Shown here piece after piece: positions 51,401 to 64,000 of a stretch of 64,000 bases of DNA (position 1 is the stretch's first letter; the number at the start of each line of letters is the position of its first letter). The translations under genes and the position numbers were made by a program. The DNA is from the human T2T-CHM13v2.0 reference genome, Homo sapiens. A model generated the notes under the pieces. It worked only from the letters and a program-made list of their open reading frames with translations, was not told the DNA's origin and ran no database searches. The stretch spans positions 5,600,001 to 5,664,000 of the forward strand of contig CP086569.2 of NCBI GenBank assembly GCA_009914755.4, given 5' to 3'.

Positions 51401-54400
51401 TAAGCGTCATAAAATCTCGCCATGAGATTTTTTCCTATGCATATTTGCTATTAATATCCAGGTAGGCCTGACTAGAACAGTGTTCAGTGTTGGATGAGTT
51501 GTTTCCCAGTACTGAGGCAAGACACTACCGAATTACTTGTGAATTTGAAGGTTTTTCAATCTGGCATATGGGAAGCGGTACCATTCATATGTTTTTGGCT
51601 GTTTTTGTTTTTTTCTGTTCTTGTTCTTTCAGCTGTATTCAGAGGATAAATCTGGTACCTATTACTGTGTCTGGTTCATAAGCAGAAGTCTATTGATCAT
51701 ATAGTTTTAATATTTTTCTAATATAAGCTGAGAAATGATGGTGGATAGGAGGCAGTGTTGGTGTGTCTCTCCCACTTGGAAGGACAGAATACTGGGCAGA
51801 GATTCACACTGTGAATGTGTTCTTGAAGAACCACCACAGAAACTTACCAGGAAAACCAAAATAATTCACTGATCCTGTGAAAGAAATGGCAGGCTGCAAC
51901 TTACTCCATGAGACAAGCAAAAAACTATCAGTTTCCAGAATGTGAGAAGTAGACAACGTGCCTCCAGACACACATCCCCACTGAGGAATGTGAAAATTCA
52001 GATCACAGAAGAAGCCCTTTACCCTACTCAGAGCTGGAACAGATTTATGGAGTGGTGTGAAATATAAAAGTAGAAGCAGCAGTGGATAGTGCCTTGTAAG
52101 CATTCCCAGTCTCTAGCACAAGCCCAGGGAAGCTATTTGTGACTATATCTCACAGGAACCCTCAGGTAAGTCAGACAATGAATTCAGAGAGAGGTTGCAG
52201 GGTGAAAGAAGTTCCCAATTTAATTTTGTGATACAATTTTGACTGGGGAAAAGCTCTCTTGAACAGAATCTGGGGATGAGCAGGAAGTGTGCTGCAGATA
52301 TGTGAGCAGAAACTGGGCTTCCGGCCTTGCGGACAGACGGGGAGGGGCATGTCCTGAAAATCATGCTTGCTATCTCTGTAGGGAAGCTTATAGCCTGGGG
52401 CAGGTTCAGTTCTGTACTCAGGCTACCTAGATCTAAACCCGGCGCTCTTAGCAGGGCACTGCAGGAGTGACACTCGCTTTGCCAACTGTGTGGGAGCTAG
52501 GTGAGGCCTACTATTGCTGGCTATTCCCCACTCCCCTTGAAAAGTCTTCTCCACAGCAGAGGCAGTTATTCTCCCCTCTGGAACACTACCCTAGTGGCCT
52601 GAGATTCATCCCTCATCCCCTACAGTGACTGTGGCAGGCCCTGCCCAAAGAGAGTCTGAGTTCAGACCTGACCCTCCCCAAACCTGATGCTATATCTCTA
52701 CCTGCCCTAATAGATTAACAAAAAGGACATAAACTCTTGGGAGCTTTATGGCCTCAGCCATCAGCTGAGAAAACAGAATACTTCCCCTGAACAACTTAGA
52801 GCAAGCAAAAATTCTACTGCTACTACTGCAGCTGGTGCTCTCTTGCAAGTGCCACCTCCCGGCTGGCGGCCAACCAACTCAGGCCATTACAGCACCTCTT
52901 GGTAGAATAACACTGCACCCAAGAAAAAGAAAATGGCTGGTAACAGCACTGCCTGCAACACCCTGGCTAACCAGAGGTCCTGAGTCTGTCCACATGAGAA
53001 CTTCACTGTTAGCATAACAAGCATTCGAGAAAGCCAGCACACTAAGCTTATCTACAGCAAAGGAACCTAACATAGTCTACATTACTCCCCTGCCACCTCC
53101 ATCAGAGCAGGTGGTTGCATCCACTGCTGGGAGACCTGAAGAGAGGTCACATCACTGGATCCTTTGCATACATTTCCCAACACCAGCTCAGAGTCTGGTA
53201 CCCCACTGGGTGGCTATACCCAGAAGAGCAATAACAATCACTGCAGTCTGGCTCTCAGGATGCCCCATTCCAGGGGAAGGGGGAGAGCACCACATCAAGG
53301 CATCACCCCATGGGACATGATAATCTGAAGAGTAAGACGTGAGTCCCAGATCTTTCCACTTGTGGGTAGATTCTTATAGCACAGACACAACTATAGTGCT
53401 GGAAACAGTAGAGAAACTTTGCACCTCTACTCCAACAGGCAGGCAGCCTCTGTGATTATTAAAGGGCTTCGAGAAGTGGTCCTTATTCCCCTTGGCACAC
53501 CACCGCAGAGGCAGCTGGGGCTTCTCCTCTAGGAATGCAGCACTGTTGCACGTATAGACAGCCCTCCTGGAACAATCCAGGGTGATTGCAGCCCCTCAAG
53601 AGGAGCATGCCACAGATTCAGGCCTGCATAAAAGGCAGAGCCATATTTCCTCCCTTCTTAGAACATCAACATTTCTTACAGATGAAAAAAGTTGCCTGTC
53701 TTATCTGAATAGTGAGAACACCTGGACAAGAATGAGGCTGTGAGGTAGACAGCTTTTCTGCTGGCCTTGCAGGGGAGCTGCAGTAGCTCCCACTACTTAC
53801 CCCAATAAAAGCTCAGCAATTCTAAGTGAGAGCTCCTCCAGGAAACTTTATCAAGCCTGGGACTTCTGCCCACCATTGGGTATTACATCTACCTACCTGC
53901 CTTAGCTATAGCCAGTGCCTACTCAAGGATACCTCCCATATTGGCCTGAAGCTTAAATCATCAACCCAGTAAATAAAATACTGGGGAGGAAATAAATAAA
54001 TAAAGTATACACCACGAGAGAATGAGATAAGCTTCAAGAGATCCCTGGCATTCCAGCCCCATAAGAGATAATGAACTTGCCCACACACTGAGTACATAAA
54101 TACTACAGCCAGCATCTGGGAAAGCTGGTGCACAAATATTTTGTATAACCGAGGAACTCATACAGAGTCTTCACTTTCACCACTAAAAGCACCAAAATCA
54201 AATTAGGCTAAAATAAAATATGAACATTAAAGACTGGTTCTTAAGAGGAAAAAAAAAAGAAATATAAAAGACACAGTTCAATAAAAAAATGAATTCAAGA
54301 ACAATTTGAAGAAATGGTCCACCCAAATGAGAAGAAACCAGAAAAGTAATTCTGGTAATAAGACAAAATGGGGTTCTGTAACACCCCAAAAAGTTCACAC

Positions 54401-56956
54401 TAGCTCTCCAGAAATAAATCCACACCAAGAATAAATCTCTGAATTGCCAGATGAAAAATTCAGAAGATTGATTTTTAAGCTACTCAAAGAGTTACCAGAG
54501 AAAGGTGAGAACTAACTTTAATTAAAAGAAAATTGAGGATGTGCATAAAATATTTTCCAGAGAAACAGACATTATAAAGAAAAACAATCAGAACTTCTGA
54601 AAATGAAAGACACACTTAGGGGAATACAAAATGCAGTGGAAAGTTTCACCAATAGACCAGAAGAAGTAGAAGAAAGAATTTCAGAGCTTGAAGACAAGGC
54701 TTTTGAATGAACCCAATCAGACAAAAATTTTAAAAAAAGAATTCTAAAAAATGAAGAGTCTCTAAGAAATGTGGGATTATGTAAACAACCAACCCTAAGA
54801 ATAATTGGTGTTCCTGAGGGAGAAGTCAAGTATAAATGTTGAGAAAACTTATTTGAGAGAATAATTAAGGAAAGCTTTCCTGGCCTTGCTAGAGACCTAG
54901 ACACCCAAATACAAGAAGCTAAAAAAATTTCTGAGAAATTCATCACAAAAAGATCATCACAAAGACACATAGTCATTAGGCTATCTGGTCAAGGTGAAGG
55001 AAAGAATCTTAACAGCTGTGAGACAAAAGCATCAGGTAAACTATAAAAGAAAACCAACCAGGTTAACATCAGATTTCTCATCAGAAGCCTCACAAGCCAG
55101 AAGGGATTGAGGTTCTATCTTTAGCCTCCATAAACAATAACTGTCACCAAATAATTTGGTATCCTGCAAAACTAAGCTTCATAAATGAAGCACAAACAAA
55201 TGCCGAGGCAAGCAAATGCTGAGTGAACTAGCTACTACCAAACCAGCCCTACAAGAAATGCTGAAAGGAGTTCTAAATCTTGACACAAAAGCTCAATATT
55301 CACCAAAATAGAACCTTCTTAAAGCATAAATCTCACAGGACCTATAAAACAATAACACAATGAAAAAATAAAGTATCTAGGCAATGTAGAATGTCAGTGG
55401 CCTAAATACTTTACTTAAAAGATACACAATGGCAGAATGGATAAAGAACCACCAATAAAATATCTGCTGTCTTCAAGAGACTCACTTAAAACCTAAGAGC
55501 TCATATGAACTTAAAGTAAAGGAGTGGAAAAACATATTTCATGCAAATGGAAACCAAAAGTGAGCAAGGGTAGCTATTTCTTATTTCAGACAAAAGAGAC
55601 ATTAAAGCAACAGCAGAAAAAAATGAAAACAAAAACAAAAACAAAGAAGGCCATTATATCATGATGAAAGGATCAGTTCAAAAGAAAGATATTACAATCC
55701 TAAATTTATATGCATCTAACACTGGAGCTCCCAAATTTATAAAACAATTACTACTACACCTAAGAAATGAGACAGATGGCAACACAGTAATTGTGGGGGA
55801 CTTTAATACTCCATTGACAGTATTAGACAGATCATCAAGAAAGAAAGTCAACAAATAAACAGTGAACTTAAATTATACCCTAGAACAAATGGACTTAAGA
55901 GATATTTACAGAACATTCTTCCCAACAACCTCAGAATATACATTCTTCTCATCAGCACATGGTATAGTCTCCAAGGTAGACCATATGATAGGTCACAAAA
56001 CACTTCTCAAGAAATTTAAAAAAAATCAAGATCATATCAAATATCTTCTCACACCACAGTGGAATAGAAATGGAAATCAATTACAAAAGAACTCTGAAAA
56101 CTATACAAATACATGGAAATGAAATAATCTACTCTTGAATAATTTGGGGTTTAACAATGAAATCAACATGGGAATTTGAAAATTCTTTGAAATGAATAAT
56201 AATAGTGACATAAGTTATCAAAGGCTCTGGGATGCAGCAAAAGCGATGCTAAGAGAAAATTTCATAGCATTAAATGCCTTCATCAAAAAGTCTGAAAGAG
56301 CACAAATAGACAACCTAATGTCACACCTCAATGAACTAGAGAAACAAGAACAAATGAATCCCAAACCTATTAGAAAAAAAAATAAGAAAGATCTAAGCAG
56401 AACTAAATGAAATGGAAACAAAGAAGACAGTATGAAAAATAAATGAAATCAAAAGGTAATTCTTTGAAAATATAAACAAAATTGATAGACCATTATTGAG
56501 ATTAACCAGAAAAAGAAGATAGAAGATCCAAATAAGCTCACGTAGAAATAAAACTGGAGATACCACAGCCAATACCATACAAGTAAAAGATAATTTATGG
56601 CTACTTTGAATACTTATATGCACACGATCTAGAAAATCTAAAAGAGATAGATAAATTCCTGGAAATATACAACACTTTTAGGTTAAATCAGGAAGAAACA
56701 GAAACCCTGAAAAGACTAATAACAAGCAGCAAGATTGAATCAGTAATAATAACATTGCCTAAAAAAAAATCAAGACCAGATGGAGTTACAGTGAATTCTA
56801 TCAGATATTCAAAGAATTGGTGTCAATCCTCCTGAAACTATTTCAAAAGATATAGAAAAAGGGAATCCTCCCTAGATCATTCTATGAAGCCAGTATCACC
56901 TTAATACCAAAACCAGGAAAGGACTTAATAAAAAAGGGAAACTACAGACCAATATT

Positions 56957-57489
56957 GACCCAGCAATCCCATTACTGGATATATACCCAAAGGATTATAC
57001 ATCATTCTACTATAAAGACACATGCACACATATGTTCACTGTAGCACTATTCACAATAGCAAAGACTTGGAACCAACCCAAATGCTCATCAATGATAGAC
57101 TGGATAAAGAAAATGTTGCACATATGTGCCATGGAATACTATGCAGCCATAAAAAACAATGAGTTCACGTCCTATGAAGGACATGAATGAAGCTGGAAAC
57201 CTTCATTCTCAGCCAACTAACGTAGGAACAGAAAATTAAAAACTGTATGTTCTCACTCATAAGTGGGAGTTGAACAATGAGAACACATGGACACAGGGAG
57301 GGGAATATCACACACCAGGGCCTGTTGGTGGGTGGGGGGCTAGGGGAGGGATAGCATTAGGATAAATGCCTAATGTAGATGATGGGTTGATATGTGCAGC
57401 AAACCACCATGATACGTGTATACTTATGTAACAAACCTGCACGTTGTGCACATGTATCCCAGAACTTAAAGTATAATAATAAAAAAACT
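56957..57489 (+). mobile_element. Nested 5'-truncated young L1PA-type 3' fragment (ORF2 C-terminus + 3'UTR + poly-A) inserted within the older L1 ORF2
   Basis: The host ORF2 reads '...KGNYRPI' then jumps to '[163 protein letters not shown]' (=DPAIPLLGIYPKDYKSCCYKDTCTRMFIAALFTIAKTWNQPKCPS..DWIKKMWHIYTMEYYAAIKNDEFMSF.GTWMKLETIILSKL.QEQKTKHRMFSLIGG...). It ends 'ttaaagtataataataaaaaaa', and host ORF2 resumes at 57490 ('...KIF.LTEYKSISKR' = ILANRIQQHIKK). The low divergence from the L1PA consensus suggests this is the youngest L1 piece in the window. Confidence 0.8.
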
Positions 57490-58149
57490 CTCAAAAATAT
57501 TCTAGCTAACAGAATATAAAAGCATATCAAAAAGATAATACAGCATGATTAAGTGGGTTTCATCCCTGGGATACGGTGATGATTTAACATACACAAGTCA
57601 ATAAATGTGATACATCACATAAATAGAATTAAAAACAAAAACCATATCATCATCTTAATAGATGCAGAAAAAACATTTGATAAAATCCATCATCCCTTTA
57701 TTATAAAAACCCTCAAAAAATAGGTATAGAAGAGATTTACCTCAGAGTAATAAGAGCCATACATGACAAACTCATAGCCAACATTATATTGAAGGGGGAA
57801 AACTTGAATGCATCCTCCTCTGAGAACTGGAATAAGACAAGGATGCCCATTTTCACCACTTCTATTCAATATAGTACTGGAAGTCCTAGCCAGAGCTATC
57901 AGAGAAGAGAAAGAAATAAAGGGCATCCAAATTGCAAAAAAAAAAGTTGAACTGTCACTGTTCACCAATAATATGATTGTATACTTAGAAAACCCTAAAG
58001 ACTTATTCAAAAAGCTCCTAGATCTGAAAAATGAATTCAGTAAAGTCTCAGGTTACAAAATCAATCTACACAAATCAGTAGCACTGCTATACACCAACAA
58101 CAACTAAGCTGAAAATCAAATCAAGAACTCAATTCTTTTTGCAACCGCT

Positions 58150-58150
58150 G

Positions 58151-58191
<41 letters not shown>
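58150..58191. repeat. 42-nt pure poly(A) homopolymer inside L1 ORF2 coding region
   Basis: 'gcaaccgctg' + A42 + 'ctaggaatgtatttaaccaaggaggtgaaagatctc'. The flanks are contiguous L1 ORF2 ('IPFTIAT...[14 protein letters not shown]'), so the A-run replaces the short A-rich 'aaaagaataaaatac' (KRIKY) segment. Confidence 0.85.
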
Positions 58192-58193
<2 letters not shown>

Positions 58194-61100
58194 AGGAATG
58201 TATTTAACCAAGGAGGTGAAAGATCTCTACAAGGAAAACCACAAAACACTGCTGAAAGAAATCATAGATGACACAAACAAATGGAAACACATCCCATGCT
58301 CATGAATCGATAGAATCAATATTGTAAAAATGACTACATTGCCCAAAGCAACGTACAGATTGAAGGTAATTTTTATCAAAATACCATCATCATTCTTCAC
58401 AGAACTAGAAAAAACAATCCTAAAATTCATATGGTACAAAAAAAGAGCCCACATAGGCAAAGCAACTAAGCAAAAAGAACCAAACTGGAGACAACACCTT
58501 ACCTAACTTCAAATTATACTACAAGGCTATAGTTACTAAAACAACATGGTGCTGGTATAAAAAATAGGCACATAGACCAATGGAACTGAATAGATAACCC
58601 AGAAAAAAAGCCAAATACTTACGGCCAATTGATCTTTGACAAAACAAATGAAAACCTAAAGTGAGGAAAGAACACCCTATTCAATGAATGGTGATGGGAA
58701 AATTTGCAAACCAAATGTAGAAGAATGAAAATGGATCTTCATTCATCTCCCACCTTATACAAAAATCCACTAACGATGAATCAAAGGCTTAAATCTAAGA
58801 CCTGAAACCAAAAAAATTCTAGAAGATAACATCAGAAAGACTCTTCTAGACATTGGCTTAGGCAAAGACTTCATGTCCTAGAACCAAAAGCAAATGCAAC
58901 AAAAACAAAAATAAATTGTTAGGACCTAATTAAACTAAAAAGCTTATACATAACAAAAGAAATAATCAGCAGAGGAAACAGACAACCAACAAAGTGGGAG
59001 AAAATATTCACAAACTATACATCTGACAAAGGACTAATATCCAGAGGCACTCAAACAAATCAGCAAGAAAAAAACAAATAATCTCATCAAAAAGTGGGCA
59101 ATCAGATGACTAGACAATTCTCAAAAGAGAATATACAAATGGCCAATAAACTTATGAAAAAATGCTCAATATCACTAATTATCAGGGAAATGCAAATGAA
59201 AACCACAATGAGATACCACCTTACTCCTGCAAGAATGGCTATACTTTAAAACTCAAAAAATAGTAGACATTGGCATGGCTGTGGCAAAAAGGGAACACTT
59301 TTGCACTGCTGATGGGAAGATAAACTAGTACAACCATTAGGGGAAACCAGTATCAATATTTCTTAAAGTACTAAAAGTAGAACTAGTATTCGATTAAGAA
59401 ATCCCACTACTGGATATCTACACAAATAAAAATAAGTAATTATATGAAAAAGATACATGCACAAGCATGTTTATAGCAGCACAATTTTCAATTGAAAAAA
59501 TATAGAACCAAGCTAAGTGCCCAGCAACCAATGAGTGGATAAAGAAAATGTGGTATATATACACTATGGAATACTACTCAGCCATAAAAATGAATAAAAT
59601 AATGTATTTTGCACCAACTTGGATGGAGCTGGATGTCATTACTCTAAGTGAAGTCAGGAATGGAAAAACAAATATTGTATGTTCTCACTTATAAGTGGGA
59701 ACTAAGCTATGGGGATGAAAAGGCATAAGAATGATATAATAAACTTTGGGGACTCAGGGAGGTAAGGATGGGAGGGAATGAGTTGTAAAATTCTAGATAT
59801 TCGGTATGGTGTAGACTGCTCTGTTGATGGGTGCACCAAAATCTCAGAAGTAACCACTGAAGAACTTATCCATATAATCAAAAATCACTTGTACCCCGAA
59901 AACAAGTGAAATAAAAAACATTTTTTTCTAATGTAAGCATGAAGAACTCTAATTATTGTTCCAGTTGCACTGTATGCATTTTGATATGTGGTGTTTTCAT
60001 AATCACTCAATTCAGATTTTTCTCTAATGTATCTTTTAATTTCTTGTTTGATACATGGGTTATGTGAAAGTATGTTACTTAATTTCAAAATATTCATGTT
60101 TTCTACTGATGTTTTGTTGTGATTTGATTTCTAATTTAGTTAAATTTTGTTCAGCAAACAGAGTCTTCATGATTGCAATCCTTTAAAATTAACCTAGTTT
60201 ATGGTGAATTACATGGTCTATTTTGATGAATATTCCATGTTTCCTTGAAAAGGATGCATATTTTCTTTCATTGGGATTATTGTTCTATAAATAAAAATTA
60301 GTTTGAAGTGGGTGATTGTGTTGCTCAAGTCCTCTATATGTTTATGATTTTCTGTCTACTTGTTCTGTCAATTTCTGGGACAAGAATATGGGAATTTTGA
60401 AATTTAATTGTAGATTTGTTTATGTCTCACCTTACTTAAATTATATTTTGTTTCACATATTTTGAAACTCTTTTGTTAAATACACTTTTAGGATGCTTGT
60501 TTTATTGATGATTTATGGTTTTATCATTGTCAAATATTTCTCTTTCTTTATTTTCATGTGTATTGTCCTGAAATCTACTTTCTCAGATATCAATATATCC
60601 ACTCCAGATTTCTAACAATTAGGTTTGCTGATTCCTATCTCATGTCCAATGTCATTGTCTCTTTCCATTCGAAATATGTCTATATAACACATCTGGGGTA
60701 ATCTTCATAAAACATCACCTTCACAGAGCCCTTACAATGCTCATAAATCTTCATTACTTCTCCATTATTTAAAGGATATGAATTCCTTAGCCTTCTATCC
60801 ATAGATTTTCACCTTGCAGCCTCAATTTATCATTCAAAATGGTTTTCCAAATACTTCCTTATGAGAATCTTTGGCATCATACAAAATGTTCTAAAAAATC
60901 ACAAGCCTCCAAATAAGTTGTGCATTCTTACCTGTAGTAGATTGACTAAGTGGCTCTACTTTTTACCCACCCTGAATCCATGTCTTTAATGTGTAATTTT
61001 TGCAGTTCCTTACATTACATTCAGCGTATACTTGCCTACCACTTGACTTTGGACTTGGTCATATAACTTGCTTTGGCTAAGAGATGTTAGATGTGACTTA

Positions 61101-63194
61101 AGCAGACTTAACGTCAGCAGAGACTTCAAATGTTCTTGCAAGATTGAGAATTTCCTCTTGTGCTTCAACCAATACCATGAAAATTTAATTTTCCTGCTGG
61201 TATAAGGAAGATGCAGCTTATGACCAAGGCAAGTAAAGCCAAACCAAGTCCAGTCAAGCTCAGCTAAAATCAGCCAACCCCCAGCTGACCCCTGGATCCT
61301 TGAGTGAGAATAAATTATTGTTGCTGTTTTAAGCCACTGAATTTTGGAGTGCTTTGTTACATATCGTATTTTTATGTTAATAGTTAACTGATACGTTACA
61401 TCCATACTATTGTTCAGTCTTCTTTTTATTTTCATCAATCATTTAGATATGTTTTAGATACCTACTCATTATACAAGGCTCAGTCTAATGTGTCTTCCTT
61501 TAGAAACTTTTTCTATTACAGTCTCGCCTCAAAGAATTTTCCCTTCTTAATAATTATTACACAATGTATATGTATATAAAATCATCACATTTTACACCTT
61601 GGAGAAATTTAGTCTTTACAATGAATCAGATTAGACTGAGAGAAGTGTAGAGAGACTACTCTATGGATCTAACACAGGGGTTAAATTTGTCTGCTCCTTA
61701 TACCTTCTCCAGCCTCATTTCCTATAATTAATTATAATTAGTATTCCCCTTTTGGGACAAAATAATTGTCCCTAATGACAAGTTACAGTGTGTTTTTCTA
61801 GTGCGTCTTTGAAACAAATAAATTGCTGGCTCTCAGATCGACATTTCTGTCCTAAACTTCAGTTCTGGCCTAGGACAGGATCTGGGTGTGTAAAGAGAAG
61901 ACTCCTATTCACTTAGTACTATTTCCATGTTAGGAAATCTGTGGAAAACCAGGTTTATTATATCTTATTTCCAAACTGTCCACATACCTAAAAATTATTC
62001 TCATGTTTCAATTTATCAATAAATATATATTTAACATAGCACTTTATGTCCTTAAAACAGGCTTAAACAAATGTAATACAATAACTTTTTATTTCAGTAC
62101 TTCACTAAGCATGCTTATTTACATTTTTTTAGAAAATGCAATTTCATTTACCAATAATTAATATTTATTCCCAAGGCCAATTATCCAAAGAATGTAATAC
62201 CCTTCTTTCTAGTTGTATAAGGTGTATCACTTCATGGTGATGAAATATTTGTATGGATATTATAATATATTTCTTTATCCTCATTGTACTAGAACTATGT
62301 CTCAAACATTCCTAATAATTCATTTCTGTATATTCAGTTTCACTGAACACTCCATATTTGTAAAAAGTTTAGTTAGCATTTTTCTACAATTTATGCCTTG
62401 TACACAAAATTTATAGTATCTTAGAACTTCCATGGAGACTTTGCGAAGTGCAATCTCACCTAATGGAAAATTACTTCAATATAAATTTATACTGCTGGGA
62501 AAAGGAGATGTATAAGGTTGGAAATGGCAATAAATAAGTTTCTTTCTCTATAAATTCTTTCTGAATTTCAATTTATTGGAAATGTGAAATGAGTAGAAGA
62601 ACAGTGGCAGAAATCATTGGCTTCTAAAAATTCTAATATGAATTCACCCTTCCTGACAAAGAAATTTGTGTAAGGAAACAGTGACAATTCTGTGAAAGAA
62701 GGGTATAGAAAGTAACTAAACAGAAAACAAAAATCAACAGAGTGTACAGGTGAGGAAATATATTACTTTTGGTGTTGATAACCTTTGAAGCCCAGTTTAG
62801 TTTATTCAGGTTCTCCATATCTTTGCACTAGATACAAGAGCCAGTAGAGCTATTTCTGATGTTACTCATGGAGCACTACAGAGACATACAGACTAATATA
62901 ATTACATTTCATTCTTTCAATAGGATATACAAATATGTAGGGAGAATTTTTCAATTTTCCATCCATTATAACAGTTATATCACATTTTCTGTATTTATAT
63001 TCTTTTTTTACAGGATAATCATTTATTAATTCATTTATCATTTTATTTAGGAACCTAATACAGTGTTTGATTTAGCAGTGAAGAACAGCATGCCTAAATA
63101 AATGATATTTAGAGGAAACTGTCATAAAAAAGCATAAATAACTAATAATACAATCCGTCAACTAATAATACATAGGAAACCAGGAAAACACATA

Positions 63195-63345
63195 AGATAC
63201 TATCTCACAAGAGTCAGAATGGCTATTACTAAAAAATCAAAAAATTACTGATGCTGACAAGACTGCAGAGAAAAAAGAACACTTATACACTGCTGGCAAG
63301 TGTCAATTAGTTCAACCATTGTGAAAAACAGTGTGGCGAGCCCTC
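63195..63345 (+). mobile_element. Short L1 ORF2 fragment
   Basis: 'RYYLTRVRMAITKKSKNY.C.QDCREKRTLIHCWQVSISSTIVKNSVASPQ' resembles ORF2p '[51 protein letters not shown]'. Confidence 0.55.
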
Positions 63346-63640
63346 AAATAACTATATTCTGTTTTGTTTCTCAAAAATATTTGGGCCAAATTTAGCACAC
63401 TTAAATTACATTAAATACACACAATTGAAATATGAGTATTCCATACTTTTATTGTTTAGTTTATATTCCTAAAAAATTGAGGCAAAAACTATAAGCAAAC
63501 TATTCCTGCAGCATTTCATTTCTAGAAGTTGGTAATGATAATGTGTAATATGATGACTTAAAATTCAAATCTAATAAAATTCATTGTCATTTATATATAT
63601 AAACAGGGATCATGATGAGCATCTAATATATGCATATACC

Positions 63641-64000
63641 CAAAAAAACCCATGGAGTATTGGTGATACTGTTTGGCTGTGTCCCCACTCAAAATCTCAT
63701 TTTGAAGTGTAATCCCCATAATCCCCACATGTCAAGGGCAGGACCAGGTAGAGGTAATTGGATTATGGAGGCAGTTTTCCCCATGCTGTTCTCATGATAG
63801 AGAGTGAGTCTCACAAGATCTAATGGTTTTACCAGAGTCTGGCATTTCCCCTACTTTCACTCACTCCACTCTGTCACCTGGTGAAGAAGGTGCCTGCTTC
63901 TCCTTTGCCTTCCACCATGATTGTAAGTTTCTTGAGGCCTCCCCAGTAATGCAGAACTGTGAGTCAATTAAACCTATTTTCTTTGTAAATTACCCAGTCT
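63641..64000 (+). mobile_element. 5' module of a second copy of the composite repeat family seen at 35844-38198, running off the window end (possibly SATR1/SATR2-like)
   Basis: 'gtgatactgtttggctgtgtccccactcaaaatctcattttgaagtgtaatccccataatccccacatgtcaagggcaggaccaggtagaggtaattggattatggaggcagttttccccatgctgttctcatgatagagagtgagtctcacaagatctaatggttttac...ccaccatgattgtaagtttcttgaggcctccccagtaatgcagaactgtgagtcaattaaacctattttctttgtaaattacccagtct' is the same module as the reverse complement of 37851-38198. Confidence 0.7.

Larger units (their letters stand above)
52100..59935 (+). mobile_element. Near-full-length older L1 (L1PB/L1MA-type): ~2-kb 5'UTR, ORF1 (~54200-55250), ORF2 (~55250-59880), 3'UTR with L1PB-like tail. 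Contains a nested young L1 3' fragment and an in-situ poly-A expansion
   Basis: ORF1p: the 54572-54976 region encodes '...EDKAFE...' with the coiled-coil/'RISELEDK' context, and 55000-55250 has 'KLSFINEAQTNAEASKC.VN.LLPNQPYKKC.KEF' (=AKLSFISEGEIKSFTDKQMLREFVTTRPALQELLKEAL). ORF2p: 55661-55858 'GHYIMMKGSVQKKDITILNLYASNTGAPKFIKQLLLHLRNETDGNTVIVGDFNTPLTVLDRSSRKKVNK' (EN domain); 56192-56410 '[56 protein letters not shown]'; 57520-57700 'HHDQ-GFIPGIR-.[46 protein letters not shown]' (RT); 57808-58107 '[89 protein letters not shown]'. The 3' end '...gatgggtgcaccaaaatctcagaagtaaccactgaagaacttatccatataatcaaaaatcacttgtaccccgaaaacaagtgaaataaaaaa' lies at ~59935. Confidence 0.85.

Overview
This window is primate (almost certainly human) nuclear DNA, not a prokaryotic locus. 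It is AT-rich and dominated by interspersed repeats. The six-frame ORFs are short; the interpretable ones are decayed transposon proteins (L1 ORF1p/ORF2p, HERV-H gag/pro/pol) or translations of tandem repeats. I see no convincing cellular protein-coding gene, no RNA gene, no CRISPR array and no novel defence or biosynthetic system. Principal content: (1) a structurally complete but coding-dead HERV-H provirus on the + strand at 21129-26056, with two LTR7-type LTRs, a tRNA-His primer-binding site, a polypurine tract and a 5-bp target-site duplication (TSD) CCTAC; (2) two near-full-length older L1 elements on the + strand (~30585-39290 and ~52100-59935), each carrying a nested secondary insertion, plus several further L1 fragments; (3) five Alu elements, four with clear TSDs, including a young-looking AluY with a long pure poly-A tail; (4) a ~0.65-kb GC-rich minisatellite that resembles the SVA VNTR but lacks the other SVA modules; (5) several microsatellites, (TA)n, (GATA)n and (CA)n; (6) a composite repeat with terminal ~350-bp direct repeats inserted into an L1, with another copy beginning at the window's 3' edge. 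The most interesting structural hypothesis is an older element bounded by a pair of ~340-bp direct repeats (14483-14821 and 26738-27087) that enclose the HERV-H, an Alu and the minisatellite, which would be a three-level nesting. Family names and boundaries are from reading the sequence and from memory of consensus sequences. They should be confirmed with RepeatMasker/Dfam.
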